DNA from: Gammaproteobacteria bacterium
Lineage (GTDB): Bacteria > Pseudomonadota > Gammaproteobacteria > G965277405
Assembly (NCBI GenBank): GCA_965277405.1
Contig: OZ255726.1
Location: 1,760,001-1,824,000 of the forward strand
Direction: 5' to 3'
DNA: 64,000 bases
This document shows, in pieces, positions 20,897 to 32,373 of this stretch. The notes under the pieces are model-generated. The model did no database searches. It was not told where the DNA came from and was given only the letters and a program-made list of their open reading frames with translations. Each line of letters begins with the position of its first letter. Position 1 is the first letter of the stretch. Both the position numbers and the translations under genes were made by a program.

Positions 20897-21781
20897 TTAT
20901 CCATCTGTAGCATTTTTGCTCAGGGGAAAGCCCAACAGCTCGCGTTGTAGAAAATATGATTTAGTGACTTTGCTCGCTAATGCGCGCACCCGAAAAATAT
21001 ATTGCTGGCGTTGGGTCGTGGAAATGGCATGGCGTGCGTCAAGCAAATTAAACACGTGTGAAGCAGTCAGCACTTGTTCATACGCGGGCAGGGGTAGTTG
21101 CGCATCAATCAGAGTAGTCACCATTGATTCTGCATTAGAAAATTGCCCACGTAGCGCAGCAATGTCTGCATAGTGAAAATTATACTGCGATTGTTGTATT
21201 TCATTTTGTAAATAGACATCACCATAGCTAACGCTGCCTGTCCACACCAAGTCATATACACTGTCAGCGCTTTGTAAATACATTGCTAAGCGCTCCAGAC
21301 CATAGGTAAGTTCGACCATCACCGGGTCACATTCTAGTCCACCAGTTTGTTGAAAATAGGTGAATTGACTGACTTCCATGCCATTGAGCCAAACTTCCCA
21401 GCCAAGCCCCCACGCGCCAAGCGTTGGTGATTCCCAATTGTCTTCAACTAAGCGTAAATCATGTGCCTGAGGGTCAATTCCTAGCTCAATCAATGAGTTG
21501 AAATACAAATCTACAATGTTTGCTGGCGCTGGCTTCATGACTGCTTGAAACTGATAGTAATGTTGCAGGCGATTTGGGTTCTTGCCATACCGTCCATCTG
21601 TTGGGCGACGCGATGGTTGTACATATGCGGCATTCCATGGTTCAGGTCCAATCGCACGTATAAATGTTGCTGGGTGAAATGTTCCTGCGCCAACCTCTTT
21701 ATCCAGCGGCTGCATTATCACGCATCCCTGTTTTGACCAGTATTGTTGTAGGGAGAAAATAATTTCTTGAAACGTTGGCAT
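20897..21781 (-). CDS. glyQ: Glycine--tRNA ligase alpha subunit
   Basis: [19 protein letters not shown] and [17 protein letters not shown]. Confidence 0.97.
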   Translation of the reverse strand: MPTFQEIIFSLQQYWSKQGCVIMQPLDKEVGAGTFHPATFIRAIGPEPWNAAYVQPSRRPTDGRYGKNPNRLQHYYQFQAVMKPAPANIVDLYFNSLIELGIDPQAHDLRLVEDNWESPTLGAWGLGWEVWLNGMEVSQFTYFQQTGGLECDPVMVELTYGLERLAMYLQSADSVYDLVWTGSVSYGDVYLQNEIQQSQYNFHYADIAALRGQFSNAESMVTTLIDAQLPLPAYEQVLTASHVFNLLDARHAISTTQRQQYIFRVRALASKVTKSYFLQRELLGFPLSKNATDG

Positions 21782-21839
21782 TATTGAGATAGCTAAGTGT
21801 TATAGGTAAGAACTAATACAGTTAATCAAAGGCTGCTAA

Positions 21840-22124
21840 TGAAACTCTGATTAAGTCGCTGCTGGAGCGAGTTTGATGGCAATTGCTGATGTTTGCAAGG
21901 AGCAAATCGCTAAGCGCATGCCTTAGCATATACGCCAAGGGATGCAACACAGCAAGTACCGCTGCCGCAAACCCAAAGTATATTCAACGGAAGGACGGGA
22001 AAAACGCTGCGCTAACGTCGTTGCAGTACTTGATAATACCCATCAATGTTAGCTGGGCACTGCGCTTAAGTTTCATCATCTTTTTTTCTCCGTCTCGCCC
22101 ATCATGGAATTAATCAGAGCTTCC
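21840..22124 (+). mobile_element. IS5-family-related MITE, about 285 bp
   Basis: TGAAACTCTGATTAAG ... TTAATCAGAGCTTCC, with flanks CTAA / CTAT. The right flank is the ruvB stop codon. Confidence 0.9.
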
Positions 22125-23150
22125 CTATGGGAATAAGGATTGGGATTGTGTTGGTTTACGTTGGCAGTGTTCATACGCTTTTGTTGCGGCCATCCGACCA
22201 CGAGAAGTTCGTTCAAGATACCCTTGTTGGATTAAATATGGTTCGATAAAATCTTCAATAGTTGCTTTATCCTCGCTCAAAGCAGCTGCTAATGAGTCGA
22301 GTCCCACTGGACCGCCATGAAAGCGTTCGATCACAGCCAGTAGCAGCTGTCTATCGAGTTGGTCTAAGCCGCGGGTATCGACGTTCAGCATTTTTAATGC
22401 ATTTTCAGCTGTTGTTTGCGATATCACACCATCACTTTTAATTTGAGCATAATCACGCACCCGGCGCAACAATCGGTTCGCAATCCGTGGTGTTCCTCGC
22501 GCTCTTCTGGCAATTTCAGCTGTGCCCTGAGACTGAATGTCAATAGCGAGTTTATTTGCTGAACGTTCGATAATGGTTGCCAGGTCGGCATCTGAATAAT
22601 ACTCTAATCGCAACACAATGCCAAAGCGGTCACGCAGCGGGCTTGTGAGCATTCCGGCGCGTGTTGTCGCAGCCACTAAAGTAAATTGCGGCAAATCCAG
22701 TTTGATGGAGCGTGCCGCAGGCCCTTCACCGATCATAATATCTAGCTGCAAGTCTTCCATTGCTGGGTACAACATTTCTTCTATGGCGTTATGCAGCCGG
22801 TGTATTTCATCGATAAATAGCACATCTCCATGCTGTAGGTTTGACAACATTGCCGCCAAGTCGCCAGCACGCTCAATCGCCGGGCCAGATGTTGTATGCA
22901 GTTTAGTCGACATCTCTGCCGCGATGATATGCGCTAGTGTGGTTTTTCCTAAGCCAGGAGGACCAAAGATCAAGCAATGGTCTAACGCATCCCCGCGCTG
23001 ACGCGCAGCCTGCAAAAAAATATCAAGTTGTTCAGTGGCTATTGGCTGCCCAATATATTCCTTAAGCGTTTGTGGGCGCAAGGCGCGGTCATAGCGTTGC
23101 TCCTCAACTGTAGCATCAGCACCAATAAGACGTTCTTCTTCAATAGCCAT
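22125..23150 (-). CDS. ruvB: Holliday junction branch migration helicase RuvB
   Basis: [29 protein letters not shown] and [15 protein letters not shown]. Confidence 0.97.
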   Translation of the reverse strand: MAIEEERLIGADATVEEQRYDRALRPQTLKEYIGQPIATEQLDIFLQAARQRGDALDHCLIFGPPGLGKTTLAHIIAAEMSTKLHTTSGPAIERAGDLAAMLSNLQHGDVLFIDEIHRLHNAIEEMLYPAMEDLQLDIMIGEGPAARSIKLDLPQFTLVAATTRAGMLTSPLRDRFGIVLRLEYYSDADLATIIERSANKLAIDIQSQGTAEIARRARGTPRIANRLLRRVRDYAQIKSDGVISQTTAENALKMLNVDTRGLDQLDRQLLLAVIERFHGGPVGLDSLAAALSEDKATIEDFIEPYLIQQGYLERTSRGRMAATKAYEHCQRKPTQSQSLFP

Positions 23151-23151
23151 T

Positions 23152-23712
23152 TTATTTGGCGAGTTGCTGCAATGCTTGTCGCAACATTGCCGCAGTATTT
23201 AGCGACTTGTCGAGCTGCGGTGCGATTCGACTGATTTCATTGGATTTGTAACCAAGCGCGAGCAGTGCTGCTGCCACTTCGCTACTGTGTGTAGTCCGTG
23301 TTGCCGCTGTTGTTGCAAACACGCCTTTTAATTCAAGTGCGACGCGTTGTGCCGTTTTGGGACCAATGCCAGGAATTTTGCGCAACACACTTATGTTTTC
23401 ATCGTTTATTGCGGCGACGAAAGCATCGCCAGTCATATTTGCCAAAATACCAATCGCCATTTTTGGACCAATGCCACTGATTTTAATCAGTGCACGAAAT
23501 ACATTGCGCTCCGCGTCATCTGCAAAGCCAAATAAAGACCATTGATCCTCGCGCACAATAAGGTGGGTGCATACACAAGTGACTTGATCTACTGCTGGTA
23601 GCTGCTCAAACGTTGTTAAAGTTAAAAATATCTCGTAGCCAATGCCGCTGGCCTCAACAATTGCTGAGGTAGGACTTTTGGCAGTTAGAGTGCCACGAAT
23701 ATAAGCCAGCAT
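23152..23712 (-). CDS. ruvA: Holliday junction DNA-binding protein RuvA
   Basis: [17 protein letters not shown] and two HhH GIGPK motifs. Confidence 0.95.
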   Translation of the reverse strand: MLAYIRGTLTAKSPTSAIVEASGIGYEIFLTLTTFEQLPAVDQVTCVCTHLIVREDQWSLFGFADDAERNVFRALIKISGIGPKMAIGILANMTGDAFVAAINDENISVLRKIPGIGPKTAQRVALELKGVFATTAATRTTHSSEVAAALLALGYKSNEISRIAPQLDKSLNTAAMLRQALQQLAK

Positions 23713-24061
23713 AGTTAAGCAGTAAATGTTGTTAGGTAATGCGTTATAAGATATAGCAAAAAATTTTGCTCTTAAAACCTATTGCACGGTATCGCCGCTA
23801 GGCGTTGTAACACTATTCTTTGGCTGCATACCTCAGTTTTACAGCATTCCTACCCATCGCGATACAACTGTTGCTAAAAAAGGCACAAAGGCTATTGAAA
23901 ATAGCGACCGTTACATTATTAACAAATTGCGCTAAATCAACAGTTGAGTATGCATATCTGCTTGATGAAGCAAATTATTTAGACATCTGAAAATGTATAA
24001 AGAGTGGTTTTTGATTTGTTAGCACAAGCATGATTCTATTTTTGATTGGACACATCTACCT

Positions 24062-24682
24062 ATGGTCGAACACACTAAACAACAGCAACCAGCACCACCA
24101 AGCGACGAAGCCGCTGCAAAACAGAGCGACGAAGCCGCTGCAAAACAGAGCGATACAGCCGCTGCAACACCTAAAGAAAAGCAGCAGACAGACGCAACAA
24201 AACAGGAAGAGCAACCGAGCCTGCCAGAACAAATTGAACAACAACTAACACAAATTGCTGAGTTACAAGACACAAATCTACGGCTGCATGCGGAAATGCA
24301 AAACGTCCGTCGCTCCAGTGACCAGGCCATTGCTCGCGCACATAAGTTTGCCCTAGATAAATTTGTCATAGCATTGTTACCTGCGGTGGACAGCTTCGAG
24401 CTTGCCTTGCTAAGCCACACGGAGACAGCAAACGCAGTAACGTTGTTAGAAGGGAATCAACTCACTTTAAAAATGCTTGTTGATGCGCTTGAAAAAAATG
24501 GGGTAACTACGATACAACCTGAAGGAGAGCAATTCGATCCGCAGCAACACGAGGCCATGACAATGCAACCTGATGCTACTGTACCTCCAAATCAGGTATT
24601 AACTGTAGTCCAAAAGGGATATTCCCTCAACGACAGACTTATTCGCCCGGCACGGGTCATCGTTAGCAAAGCTGCTGACTAA
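24062..24682 (+). CDS. grpE: Nucleotide exchange factor GrpE
   Basis: AEMQNVRR, LLPAVDSFE, FDPQQHEAM and QKGYSLNDRLIRPARV. Confidence 0.95.
   Translation: MVEHTKQQQPAPPSDEAAAKQSDEAAAKQSDTAAATPKEKQQTDATKQEEQPSLPEQIEQQLTQIAELQDTNLRLHAEMQNVRRSSDQAIARAHKFALDKFVIALLPAVDSFELALLSHTETANAVTLLEGNQLTLKMLVDALEKNGVTTIQPEGEQFDPQQHEAMTMQPDATVPPNQVLTVVQKGYSLNDRLIRPARVIVSKAAD
24101..24166 (+). repeat. In-frame 24-bp tandem repeat (SDEAAAKQ x2 plus a partial unit) in grpE
   Basis: AGCGACGAAGCCGCTGCAAAACAG occurs twice exactly, followed by a partial third unit. Confidence 0.9.
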
Positions 24683-24697
24683 ATTGGAAATATATAT

Positions 24698-26644
24698 ATG
24701 GGAAAAATTATTGGAATTGACTTAGGAACAACCAACTCATGCGTATCAGTTCTTGAGGGTGGCAAAGCACGCATTATTGAAAACGCCGAAGGCAGCCGCA
24801 CCACGCCTTCAGTCGTTGCATACGTGGATGATAACGAAGTATTAGTTGGGCAACCTGCCAAACGGCAAGCGGTTACCAATCCTGAAAACACACTATTTGC
24901 TGTCAAGCGCCTGATTGGTCGGCGTTTTGAAGATAACGTTGTGCAGAAAGACATTAAAACATCACCGTACAAAATTGTTAAAGCCGACAATGGTGATGCG
25001 TGGGTAGCAGTGCAAGGTAACACCATTGCGCCACCACAAGTTTCTGCTGAAGTATTAAAAAAAATGAAAAAAACAGCAGAAGATTTTCTTGGTCAAAGCG
25101 TGACAGAAGCTGTGATTACTGTTCCTGCATACTTTAATGACTCACAACGCCAAGCCACCAAAGACGCTGGAAAAATAGCAGGTCTTAAAGTAAAACGCAT
25201 CATCAACGAGCCAACAGCTGCTGCACTTGCATATGGCATCGGTAAAGAAAACAAAAAAGAGCAAACCATTATTGTCTACGATCTTGGCGGCGGTACCTTT
25301 GATGTTTCCATTATAGAAATTTCAGAAGTAGACGGTGAACACCAATTTGAAGTGTTAGCAACAAATGGGGATACGTTTCTTGGCGGTGAAGACTTTGATT
25401 TACGCTTGATTAATTTTTTAACCGACGAGTTTAAAAAGGAATCTGGTGTTGACTTGCATAATGATCCCTTGGCGCTGCAACGTTTAAAAGAAGCGGCTGA
25501 AAAAGCTAAAATCGAATTGTCTTCAAGTCAGCAAACAGATGTCAATTTACCATATATCACCGCAGATGCATCTGGACCGAAACACTTAAACATTAAAATA
25601 ACCCGCGCAAAACTCGAGTCCTTGGTTGAAGATTTGGTACAGCGCACCCTCAAACCATGCAAAATTGCCCTACAAGATGCTGGATTATCCGCCAAGGAAT
25701 TAGATGAAATAATTTTGGTTGGTGGGCAAACACGGATGCCGATGGTGCAAGAGCAGGTCAAGCAATTGTTCAATAAAGAGCCACGTAAAGACGTGAACCC
25801 AGACGAAGCTGTGGCAATGGGTGCTGCTATTCAAGGCGGGGTGCTTGCTGGCGATGTAAAAGACGTATTGTTGTTAGACGTTTCTCCATTGTCATTGGGT
25901 ATTGAAACCATGGGTGGGGTAATGACATCTTTAATAGAAAAAAACACTACAATTCCCGCTCGAAAATCTCAAACATTTTCCACTGCAGAAAACAACCAAA
26001 CAGCTGTAACAATTCATGTGCTACAAGGTGAGCGTAAACAAGCCACTGGCAATAAATCGCTCGGACGATTTGACCTTACAGATATCCCAAGAGCGCCAAA
26101 AGGCACGCCACAAATTGAAGTTAGTTTCGATATTGACGCCAATGGTATTCTGCATGTCTCAGCCAAAGATAAAGCAACTGGAAAAGAGCAGACTATTGTC
26201 ATTAAAGCATCAAGCGGACTGAGTGATGATGAAATCGAAGCCATGGTCAAGGATGCAGAGGCAAATGCTGAAGAAGATCAAAAGTTCTGCGATCTTGCCG
26301 CTGCACGCAACACAGCAGATGCGTTAATTCATGCTGCAAACAAAGCTATAGCAGACCTTGGCAGTGAAGTCACTGACGAAGAAAAAACCAATGTCAATCG
26401 AGCAGTTGCAGCATTAGAACTTGCATTAAAAGGCAAAGATATTGACGAAATTCAAGCTAAAACGCAGTCACTGAGTGAAATCTCACAAGGTATTGCACAG
26501 CGCGCGTATCAAAAAACACAAGGCGAACAACAACCACCTGCTGATGGTGAACAACAGCCAACTGATAGCGAACAAACTAGCAAACCAACTGATGACAACA
26601 CAGTCGATGCTGATTTTGAAGAAGTCAAAGATGATAAAAAATAA
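24698..26644 (+). CDS. dnaK: Chaperone DnaK
   Basis: [25 protein letters not shown] and VDADFEEV. Confidence 0.98.
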   Translation: MGKIIGIDLGTTNSCVSVLEGGKARIIENAEGSRTTPSVVAYVDDNEVLVGQPAKRQAVTNPENTLFAVKRLIGRRFEDNVVQKDIKTSPYKIVKADNGDAWVAVQGNTIAPPQVSAEVLKKMKKTAEDFLGQSVTEAVITVPAYFNDSQRQATKDAGKIAGLKVKRIINEPTAAALAYGIGKENKKEQTIIVYDLGGGTFDVSIIEISEVDGEHQFEVLATNGDTFLGGEDFDLRLINFLTDEFKKESGVDLHNDPLALQRLKEAAEKAKIELSSSQQTDVNLPYITADASGPKHLNIKITRAKLESLVEDLVQRTLKPCKIALQDAGLSAKELDEIILVGGQTRMPMVQEQVKQLFNKEPRKDVNPDEAVAMGAAIQGGVLAGDVKDVLLLDVSPLSLGIETMGGVMTSLIEKNTTIPARKSQTFSTAENNQTAVTIHVLQGERKQATGNKSLGRFDLTDIPRAPKGTPQIEVSFDIDANGILHVSAKDKATGKEQTIVIKASSGLSDDEIEAMVKDAEANAEEDQKFCDLAAARNTADALIHAANKAIADLGSEVTDEEKTNVNRAVAALELALKGKDIDEIQAKTQSLSEISQGIAQRAYQKTQGEQQPPADGEQQPTDSEQTSKPTDDNTVDADFEEVKDDKK

Positions 26645-26700
26645 CCTCACCCCCTTGCTATATCCACGCATGGAGAACAACGAGGATAACAAAGCCTGAT

Positions 26701-27783
26701 ATGTCCACAGATTTTTACGCAACACTCGGTGTCAGTCGTCAAGCACCGCTGCAAGAAATTAAAAAGGCATACCGCAAGTTAGCGATGAAGCATCATCCTG
26801 ACCGTGCGGGTGATAACAAAGCAAGTGAAACGCGCTTTAAAGAAGTCAACCAAGCATATGAAGTGCTATCAGACAAAGCAAAACGCGCAACGTATGATCA
26901 ATATGGCGCAGATGCATTTAACGGCTCTGCAGGTGGTCAAGGTTTCCGTGATGTAAACGATATTTTTGGTGATTTCTTTGGGGATATGTTTGGTGGCGGG
27001 GCGCGACAACGCAAAGGCAATGACATAGAGTCAACCGTGTCCATTACCCTTGAGCAAGCAGCAACTGGTGTGCAAAAAGACGTATCACTACGCCGCAATA
27101 AGCCTTGTGATGATTGCGACGGCACAGGTGCGGAACATGGAACCGCATTCTCTACGTGCAAGCAATGCAATGGCCAAGGTCAAGTTCGTATGAGTCAAGG
27201 TTTTTTTTCAGTGCAACAAACCTGCCCAGCATGTCACGGTCAAGGTCAGGTAATCGATACCCCGTGCAGAAAATGCCATGGTAGAGGCGTGCAGCATGAG
27301 CAAAAAAAACTCTCTGTTAGCGTTCCAAAAGGCGTGAATAATGGAGTTACTATCCGCTTAAGTGGTGAAGGAGAGTCAGTAACTGGGGGAATTTCTGGCG
27401 ATTTGTTTATCCACGTGCAAGTAAAACCACATGATTTCTTCCAACGTGAAGATAACGACCTTATTTGTAGCACCCCAATTTCTATTATTGATGCGGCGCT
27501 TGGCTGCGAACTCGAAGTTCCCACATTATCTGGCAAGGTTAAGCTAAAAATACCCGAAGGCACTCAGAGCCATAAAATATTCCGAATGCGCGGCAAAGGT
27601 ATGCCAGGATTACGCGGTGGACAAGGCGACTTGCTGTGTCGTATTGAAATAGAAACTCCAGTAAATCTCAGTGAAAAACAGCGTGTTATGTTACGTTCAT
27701 TTCGAGATTCTATTAACACAACCAACGCCCCTCATGCTGAATCATGGCTCAAAAAAGCCAAGCGTTTTTTTGATAGTGTGTAG
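26701..27783 (+). CDS. dnaJ: Chaperone DnaJ
   Basis: J-domain HPD, a G/F-rich region and four CxxCxGxG repeats. Confidence 0.97.
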   Translation: MSTDFYATLGVSRQAPLQEIKKAYRKLAMKHHPDRAGDNKASETRFKEVNQAYEVLSDKAKRATYDQYGADAFNGSAGGQGFRDVNDIFGDFFGDMFGGGARQRKGNDIESTVSITLEQAATGVQKDVSLRRNKPCDDCDGTGAEHGTAFSTCKQCNGQGQVRMSQGFFSVQQTCPACHGQGQVIDTPCRKCHGRGVQHEQKKLSVSVPKGVNNGVTIRLSGEGESVTGGISGDLFIHVQVKPHDFFQREDNDLICSTPISIIDAALGCELEVPTLSGKVKLKIPEGTQSHKIFRMRGKGMPGLRGGQGDLLCRIEIETPVNLSEKQRVMLRSFRDSINTTNAPHAESWLKKAKRFFDSV

Positions 27784-27818
27784 ATAGTGTGTAACTGTGC
27801 ATCAGCTATATGACACGG

Positions 27819-29063
27819 CTACCACTGCATAACTGCTTGGCTGATAACGATACCGCCAGTAATAAAAAAAAGTAATAAGCCAAGATGACGGTGGTAATTT
27901 CCCCACATGTTTGGCAACGGTGCTACCCGCCTCAGCAATGCTGCGGTAAATAGTACATGCAGCAGCGTTGCGCCAATCGCGGTAATATGGAGTAAAGAAA
28001 ACCATTCAAAAAATTCGCGCTCAAAATCCGCCCCAATAAAATAAGCTAGCATATTGTCGCCGCTGGTAATAATTACCAACATTAACCAAATGAATGCCAG
28101 AATTAACAACTGGCTTTCTGCGTGAAACTGATCATCCAACGCCATAAATAGTCGTTGAATAAGGACGCTAATTTGCAGATATATACACAGTGCCAATACA
28201 CACATAAACACCCAATATGTGTATTTTGGAAATGACGCATTCCTGATGCTAAACGGAATGTCAAACAACAATGTTGGCAATGAATACACCTGTTGTTCTA
28301 CTGCGTTAGCTATCAACAATACCACCAATATTCCAATACAGAATTGCAGTACAAATGTCAGGCAGCAGCTCAACAATACTGGCGCTGCTTGCCCCCATAC
28401 ATTGCGCAGCACCCATGGCATCCCAACGCCCAGCATTGTTGTACTACTAATGATTGTTGCCAAATGTAGCAGCATCATTGGCCATTGTTGTAAGGGTATA
28501 TGTATCTGTGATAATAATTGAATTTGTCCGTATGCATTTTGGAGGAATACTGCAATAGCCAACGCCAAAAATGCCACGACAAACGCCCATGGTAGCACAA
28601 TAATCATGCTAAGACGGCGTATAACAATGGCGCATAACACCATACTACTGACGACTACTGTGCTGATACCGATTTGCAACAGTTGATCCGCATTAGCTTC
28701 ATTAAAGCGCTCGCGTACAGCAGTCAACGTTGGCAACAATGAATCATCAATCAGCACCAGAGTGAATGATTGCAGACACCAGATAATAAAATTGAGCTTT
28801 AAGGCAAGCAGCAATAGCGTTGCAACAATAATGCTGCTATCAAGTAGACCTGTAAATATTGGATATTGTGCAATGCCTCGTTGTAACACTTCCGCTTGCT
28901 TTCCTTCAAATACAAGCATACCACCAAGCACTACAAGATAGCCGCATCCCAATACCAGCATGCCCGTTATTCCATATTGCTGCAGCGCATTTGGCAGCAG
29001 CCACCACGAAGATAAACCACTGTTGACAATGGCAATAAGTAGTGCTAAAGAAATTGCGTACAT
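27819..29063 (-). CDS. Polytopic membrane protein, possibly a highly diverged sodium-dependent (NSS/SNF) transporter
   Basis: About 11 hydrophobic segments. The N-terminal SGLSSWWLLP...YG..G...GY...GGMLVFE echoes the NSS TM1-TM2 pattern GLGNIWRFP...GGG...Y...G.P....E. Confidence 0.5.
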   Translation of the reverse strand: MYAISLALLIAIVNSGLSSWWLLPNALQQYGITGMLVLGCGYLVVLGGMLVFEGKQAEVLQRGIAQYPIFTGLLDSSIIVATLLLLALKLNFIIWCLQSFTLVLIDDSLLPTLTAVRERFNEANADQLLQIGISTVVVSSMVLCAIVIRRLSMIIVLPWAFVVAFLALAIAVFLQNAYGQIQLLSQIHIPLQQWPMMLLHLATIISSTTMLGVGMPWVLRNVWGQAAPVLLSCCLTFVLQFCIGILVVLLIANAVEQQVYSLPTLLFDIPFSIRNASFPKYTYWVFMCVLALCIYLQISVLIQRLFMALDDQFHAESQLLILAFIWLMLVIITSGDNMLAYFIGADFEREFFEWFSLLHITAIGATLLHVLFTAALLRRVAPLPNMWGNYHRHLGLLLFFITGGIVISQAVMQW

Positions 29064-29310
29064 CTAGTATTGGAATCTGTGATGAACAAATTGATAGTTG
29101 AGTTTGCAGACAAACACGATGAATGCAAGTTAGCGGAGCACTGTTGACAAACAAGCCTACAAAGCAGTTCACCAGTAGAGCCTTATCCTGCTATTATATA
29201 TATAACATTGTTTTGCCAAGAATAACGTTTGCAGTGTCGTATACTTCATTACCAGCCGCATTATATTGCCAGATAGTCAGGACTCATAATCAAACTCACC
29301 AATATCCCAC

Positions 29311-29778
29311 ATGTCTGCATCTATTATTATTAACCGCCAAGCACGCTTTGCATTTGAACTCGGCGAGTCATTTGAAACAGGCATGGTATTAGAAGGATGG
29401 GAAGTGAAGAGTATTCGTGCTGGGAAAATCCAAATCCGCGACTCGTATGTTATAACAAAAGATGGCGAGCTATGGTTGCTTGGCTGTGTAATCCAGCTGC
29501 TACCGACAACCTCGACCCATACTCATCCAGACCCAACACGCACCAGAAAACTATTGTTAAAATCCAAGCAAATTCGCTATATCACCGGACAGTTAACAAC
29601 AAAAGGATTGACGTGCGTCCCAGTTAATATGCATTGGCGCAATAACCGTATTAAGCTAGAAGTACGCTTGGCAAAAGGCAAAAAGTTACACGATAAACGT
29701 CAAAACCAAAAAGACAGACAATGGAATACAAGCAAACAACGCCTGCTCAAAGGGCAGGTGAGAGGGTTGCATCAATAA
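29311..29778 (+). CDS. smpB: SsrA-binding protein
   Basis: NRQARF, GMVLEGWEVKSIRAG, RTRKLLL and KGKKLHDKR. Confidence 0.96.
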   Translation: MSASIIINRQARFAFELGESFETGMVLEGWEVKSIRAGKIQIRDSYVITKDGELWLLGCVIQLLPTTSTHTHPDPTRTRKLLLKSKQIRYITGQLTTKGLTCVPVNMHWRNNRIKLEVRLAKGKKLHDKRQNQKDRQWNTSKQRLLKGQVRGLHQ

Positions 29779-29917
29779 CTTGTAGCAAAACTCAATTCGC
29801 CAATTAGAACAGCTAAGGACATACATAAAAAACTATATTTACTAAAGTTGACAAATCAGATTTTGAAATTTTTATATGAGATGAGTTATTTTTTTGCTTT
29901 ATGTTGTTAGTGTTGGT

Positions 29918-30172
29918 TTATTCATTATGTTTATATAGAATCAAATTACATATTATCAATTTTGCAGGATTGTTTGGGTCTTGTACTGCAACTTCTGCAA
30001 TATCAAAACCTTCAATCTTAATTCCTTCAATTTTATTTTTGCTGTTTTTATTAAATGAGTTATATTTTTTAGTTGGAATAATACAAACTAATTCAAATTC
30101 TTTGTCGGGTGTTGGTAGTAAATAATCGAAAACTTTTCTTGGGTTTTCTATCTGCCACATTCCTCTAATTCT
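29918..30172 (-). pseudogene. C-terminal fragment of a type II restriction endonuclease, NgoPII-like
   Basis: RIRGMWQIENPRKVFDYL...KYNSF...DPNNPAKL matches my recollection of the NgoPII family C-terminus. The DNA is very AT-rich, and no N-terminus or methylase is present. Confidence 0.6.
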
Positions 30173-30359
30173 GCACAACACCGCGCTTAGAGTTTAATTG
30201 CAAAACACACTTGTATGAAACCAACTTGATTTATTTTCACTTGTATGTTTTGTTCTCATTTTCTTAAGGTTAGGACGGAGTAGTGCTACAAGCTTGCTAG
30301 CTACATTTGTAGCTTTGGAAAAAGGTTGGTTACACCAGCATATACAATGTATTCGAGCT

Positions 30360-31313
30360 TTATACATGGGTCAACCAGCTGGCGTATTGCGGTTGAGTGC
30401 CGGTGATTGTTGCAATATATTGTTCGCGGACTTTGTTGGTGATTGGTCCGAGTAAGCCGCTGCCAATTGGTCGATTATCAAGTTCGGTCATTCCTGCAAT
30501 TTCTGCGGCGGTTCCGGTGAGGAAGGCTTCATCGCAGGTATACACTTCATCGCGGGTGATACGGCGTTCACGCACGCTATAGCCCATTTCAGTAAGGAAG
30601 GTAATAACTGTGCGCCTGGTAATACCATCGAGGCACGATGCTAAGTCTGGTGTGCTGATTTGGTCACCACGGATAACAAAAATATTTTCACCACTGCCTT
30701 CAGCAACATAGCCTTCGGTATCCAATAACAATACTTCGTCGTAGCGGTTTTTATAATTGCCGTCTTTGTCTTGCTGTTCTGGGTCTTTGACTGCAGTCAC
30801 TTCTTGTAATGCCAAAATTGAGTTGACGTAATGACCGGTACATTTGGCACGGCACATGCTGACATTAACGTGGTGGCGTGAGTATGAAGATGTTTTCATC
30901 CGCAGTTGCTTAGGAAGATACGCACCCCAATCCCACGCAGCAATAATTACTCTCGTTTGCAGGTGTTCTGCATGCAGTCCTAACGTTTGTGAGCCGTAGA
31001 AACCTAGCGGGCGGATATAGGCATTGGTCAGGTTGTTGGCTTGGACAACTGCAATGGTTGCTGCATTTAATTCTTCGACGCTATACGGCATCGGCATATT
31101 TAATATTTTTGCTGATTCCATAAAGCGCTGGCTATGTTCTGGCAAGCGAAATATTGCGCCGTTACCTGTTGGTGTTGCGTATGCGCGGATACCTTCGAAA
31201 ATGCCTAAACCATAATGCAGTGAGTGGGTGAGTACATGGACGGTGGCATCTCGCCACGGAATAAGTTTTCCATCCATCCAAATTACGCCATCCCTATCCG
31301 CCATATCTAACAT
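30360..31313 (-). CDS. ilvE: Branched-chain amino acid aminotransferase
   Basis: HSLHYGLGIFEGIRAY, AKCTGHY (PLP lysine), EGSGEN, LDGITR and TGTAAEI. Confidence 0.95.
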   Translation of the reverse strand: MLDMADRDGVIWMDGKLIPWRDATVHVLTHSLHYGLGIFEGIRAYATPTGNGAIFRLPEHSQRFMESAKILNMPMPYSVEELNAATIAVVQANNLTNAYIRPLGFYGSQTLGLHAEHLQTRVIIAAWDWGAYLPKQLRMKTSSYSRHHVNVSMCRAKCTGHYVNSILALQEVTAVKDPEQQDKDGNYKNRYDEVLLLDTEGYVAEGSGENIFVIRGDQISTPDLASCLDGITRRTVITFLTEMGYSVRERRITRDEVYTCDEAFLTGTAAEIAGMTELDNRPIGSGLLGPITNKVREQYIATITGTQPQYASWLTHV

Positions 31314-31350
31314 CAATTATCCTAAAAGTAAGTAATAAAATACATGGTAT

Positions 31351-32208
31351 CTAGACAACAACCGATAGCCATAATAACAACCCAACATACTGATTATTTT
31401 TAAACGCCGCAAATGCTACAGAGTTGCCATGCCTGCGCAGAGTGTATTGTTGGTAGATAAACAACGCTGCTATCAGCGCCATGCAAACTGCGTATATCCA
31501 TGTCATATACTGATAAGTAATTGCGACATATATCCAAATACCAATCGCTGCAATTTGGAATACTGTAAGTGCGACAAACACTCGTTCAGCAAAAAAAATC
31601 GCGCTTGAATAAATACCTAAGTGCTGGTCATCGGCAATATCAGCAAGAGAATATATTGTGTCAAATGCCATGATCCAACAGAAGTTGGCTGCAAACAACC
31701 ACCAGCCAATTGGTGGCACTGTGTTTTGCACCATAGCAAAGACAATGGGTGTGCCCCAGCTATACGTGACGGCGAGAAACAGTTGCGGAATTGGCAGCCA
31801 GCGTTTAGCAAGCGGGTAGAGTACAGTCAGCCCAACACCTGCGAGTGCATATAGTTGTGCTCGCGCTGGAAACTGATAGATGAGCAGCAGCGCAAACCCC
31901 AGTAATATTGTAAAAAGTATCGATGCGCTAGTGATGGATATTTTTTTTGCGGTGATGGGTCGGTCTTTAGTTCGCCCCACATGCAGGTCAATATCACGGT
32001 CTGATATATCGTTAATAATGCAGCCAGCGCTGCGCATAATAAATGCACCTATAATGACGATGACAAACAGCGCGATATCAGGGTTACCTGCACTTGCAAC
32101 CCATAATGCGTGTAAAGCTGGTAGCAACAGCAGCCATGTACCCGTTGGCTTATTAAACCGAATTAGTGCTAGCGCATTGGCGATAGATTTCAGTGGGAGT
32201 ATTTTCAT
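31351..32208 (-). CDS. ubiA: 4-hydroxybenzoate polyprenyltransferase
   Basis: RFNKPTG, MRSAGCIINDISDRDID, RTKDRP and DTIYSLAD. Confidence 0.92.
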   Translation of the reverse strand: MKILPLKSIANALALIRFNKPTGTWLLLLPALHALWVASAGNPDIALFVIVIIGAFIMRSAGCIINDISDRDIDLHVGRTKDRPITAKKISITSASILFTILLGFALLLIYQFPARAQLYALAGVGLTVLYPLAKRWLPIPQLFLAVTYSWGTPIVFAMVQNTVPPIGWWLFAANFCWIMAFDTIYSLADIADDQHLGIYSSAIFFAERVFVALTVFQIAAIGIWIYVAITYQYMTWIYAVCMALIAALFIYQQYTLRRHGNSVAFAAFKNNQYVGLLLWLSVVV

Positions 32209-32373
32209 AATTTGCAGAAAATTCAATTGTAAAAAACAGAAACCAAGGCACGATGCTAAACATACATCGCCAGTTGGAATTTTTAATAATATTGGCAGTA
32301 CCATTGCGCAAAACACCTTGGCAAAACTGCTTGGTCGCATGGTTGCGATGCTAATACAATTTTGAGTTTAGCA

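Noticed and set aside
23890-23995. Sigma32 promoter or CIRCE element upstream of grpE
   Set aside because: TTGAAA and CTTGATGA half-matches exist, but there is no CCCCAT -10 at the right spacing and no CIRCE inverted repeat.
29064-30359. tmRNA gene next to smpB
   Set aside because: No GGGGC..GATTCGAC 5' end or TCCACCA 3' end on either strand.
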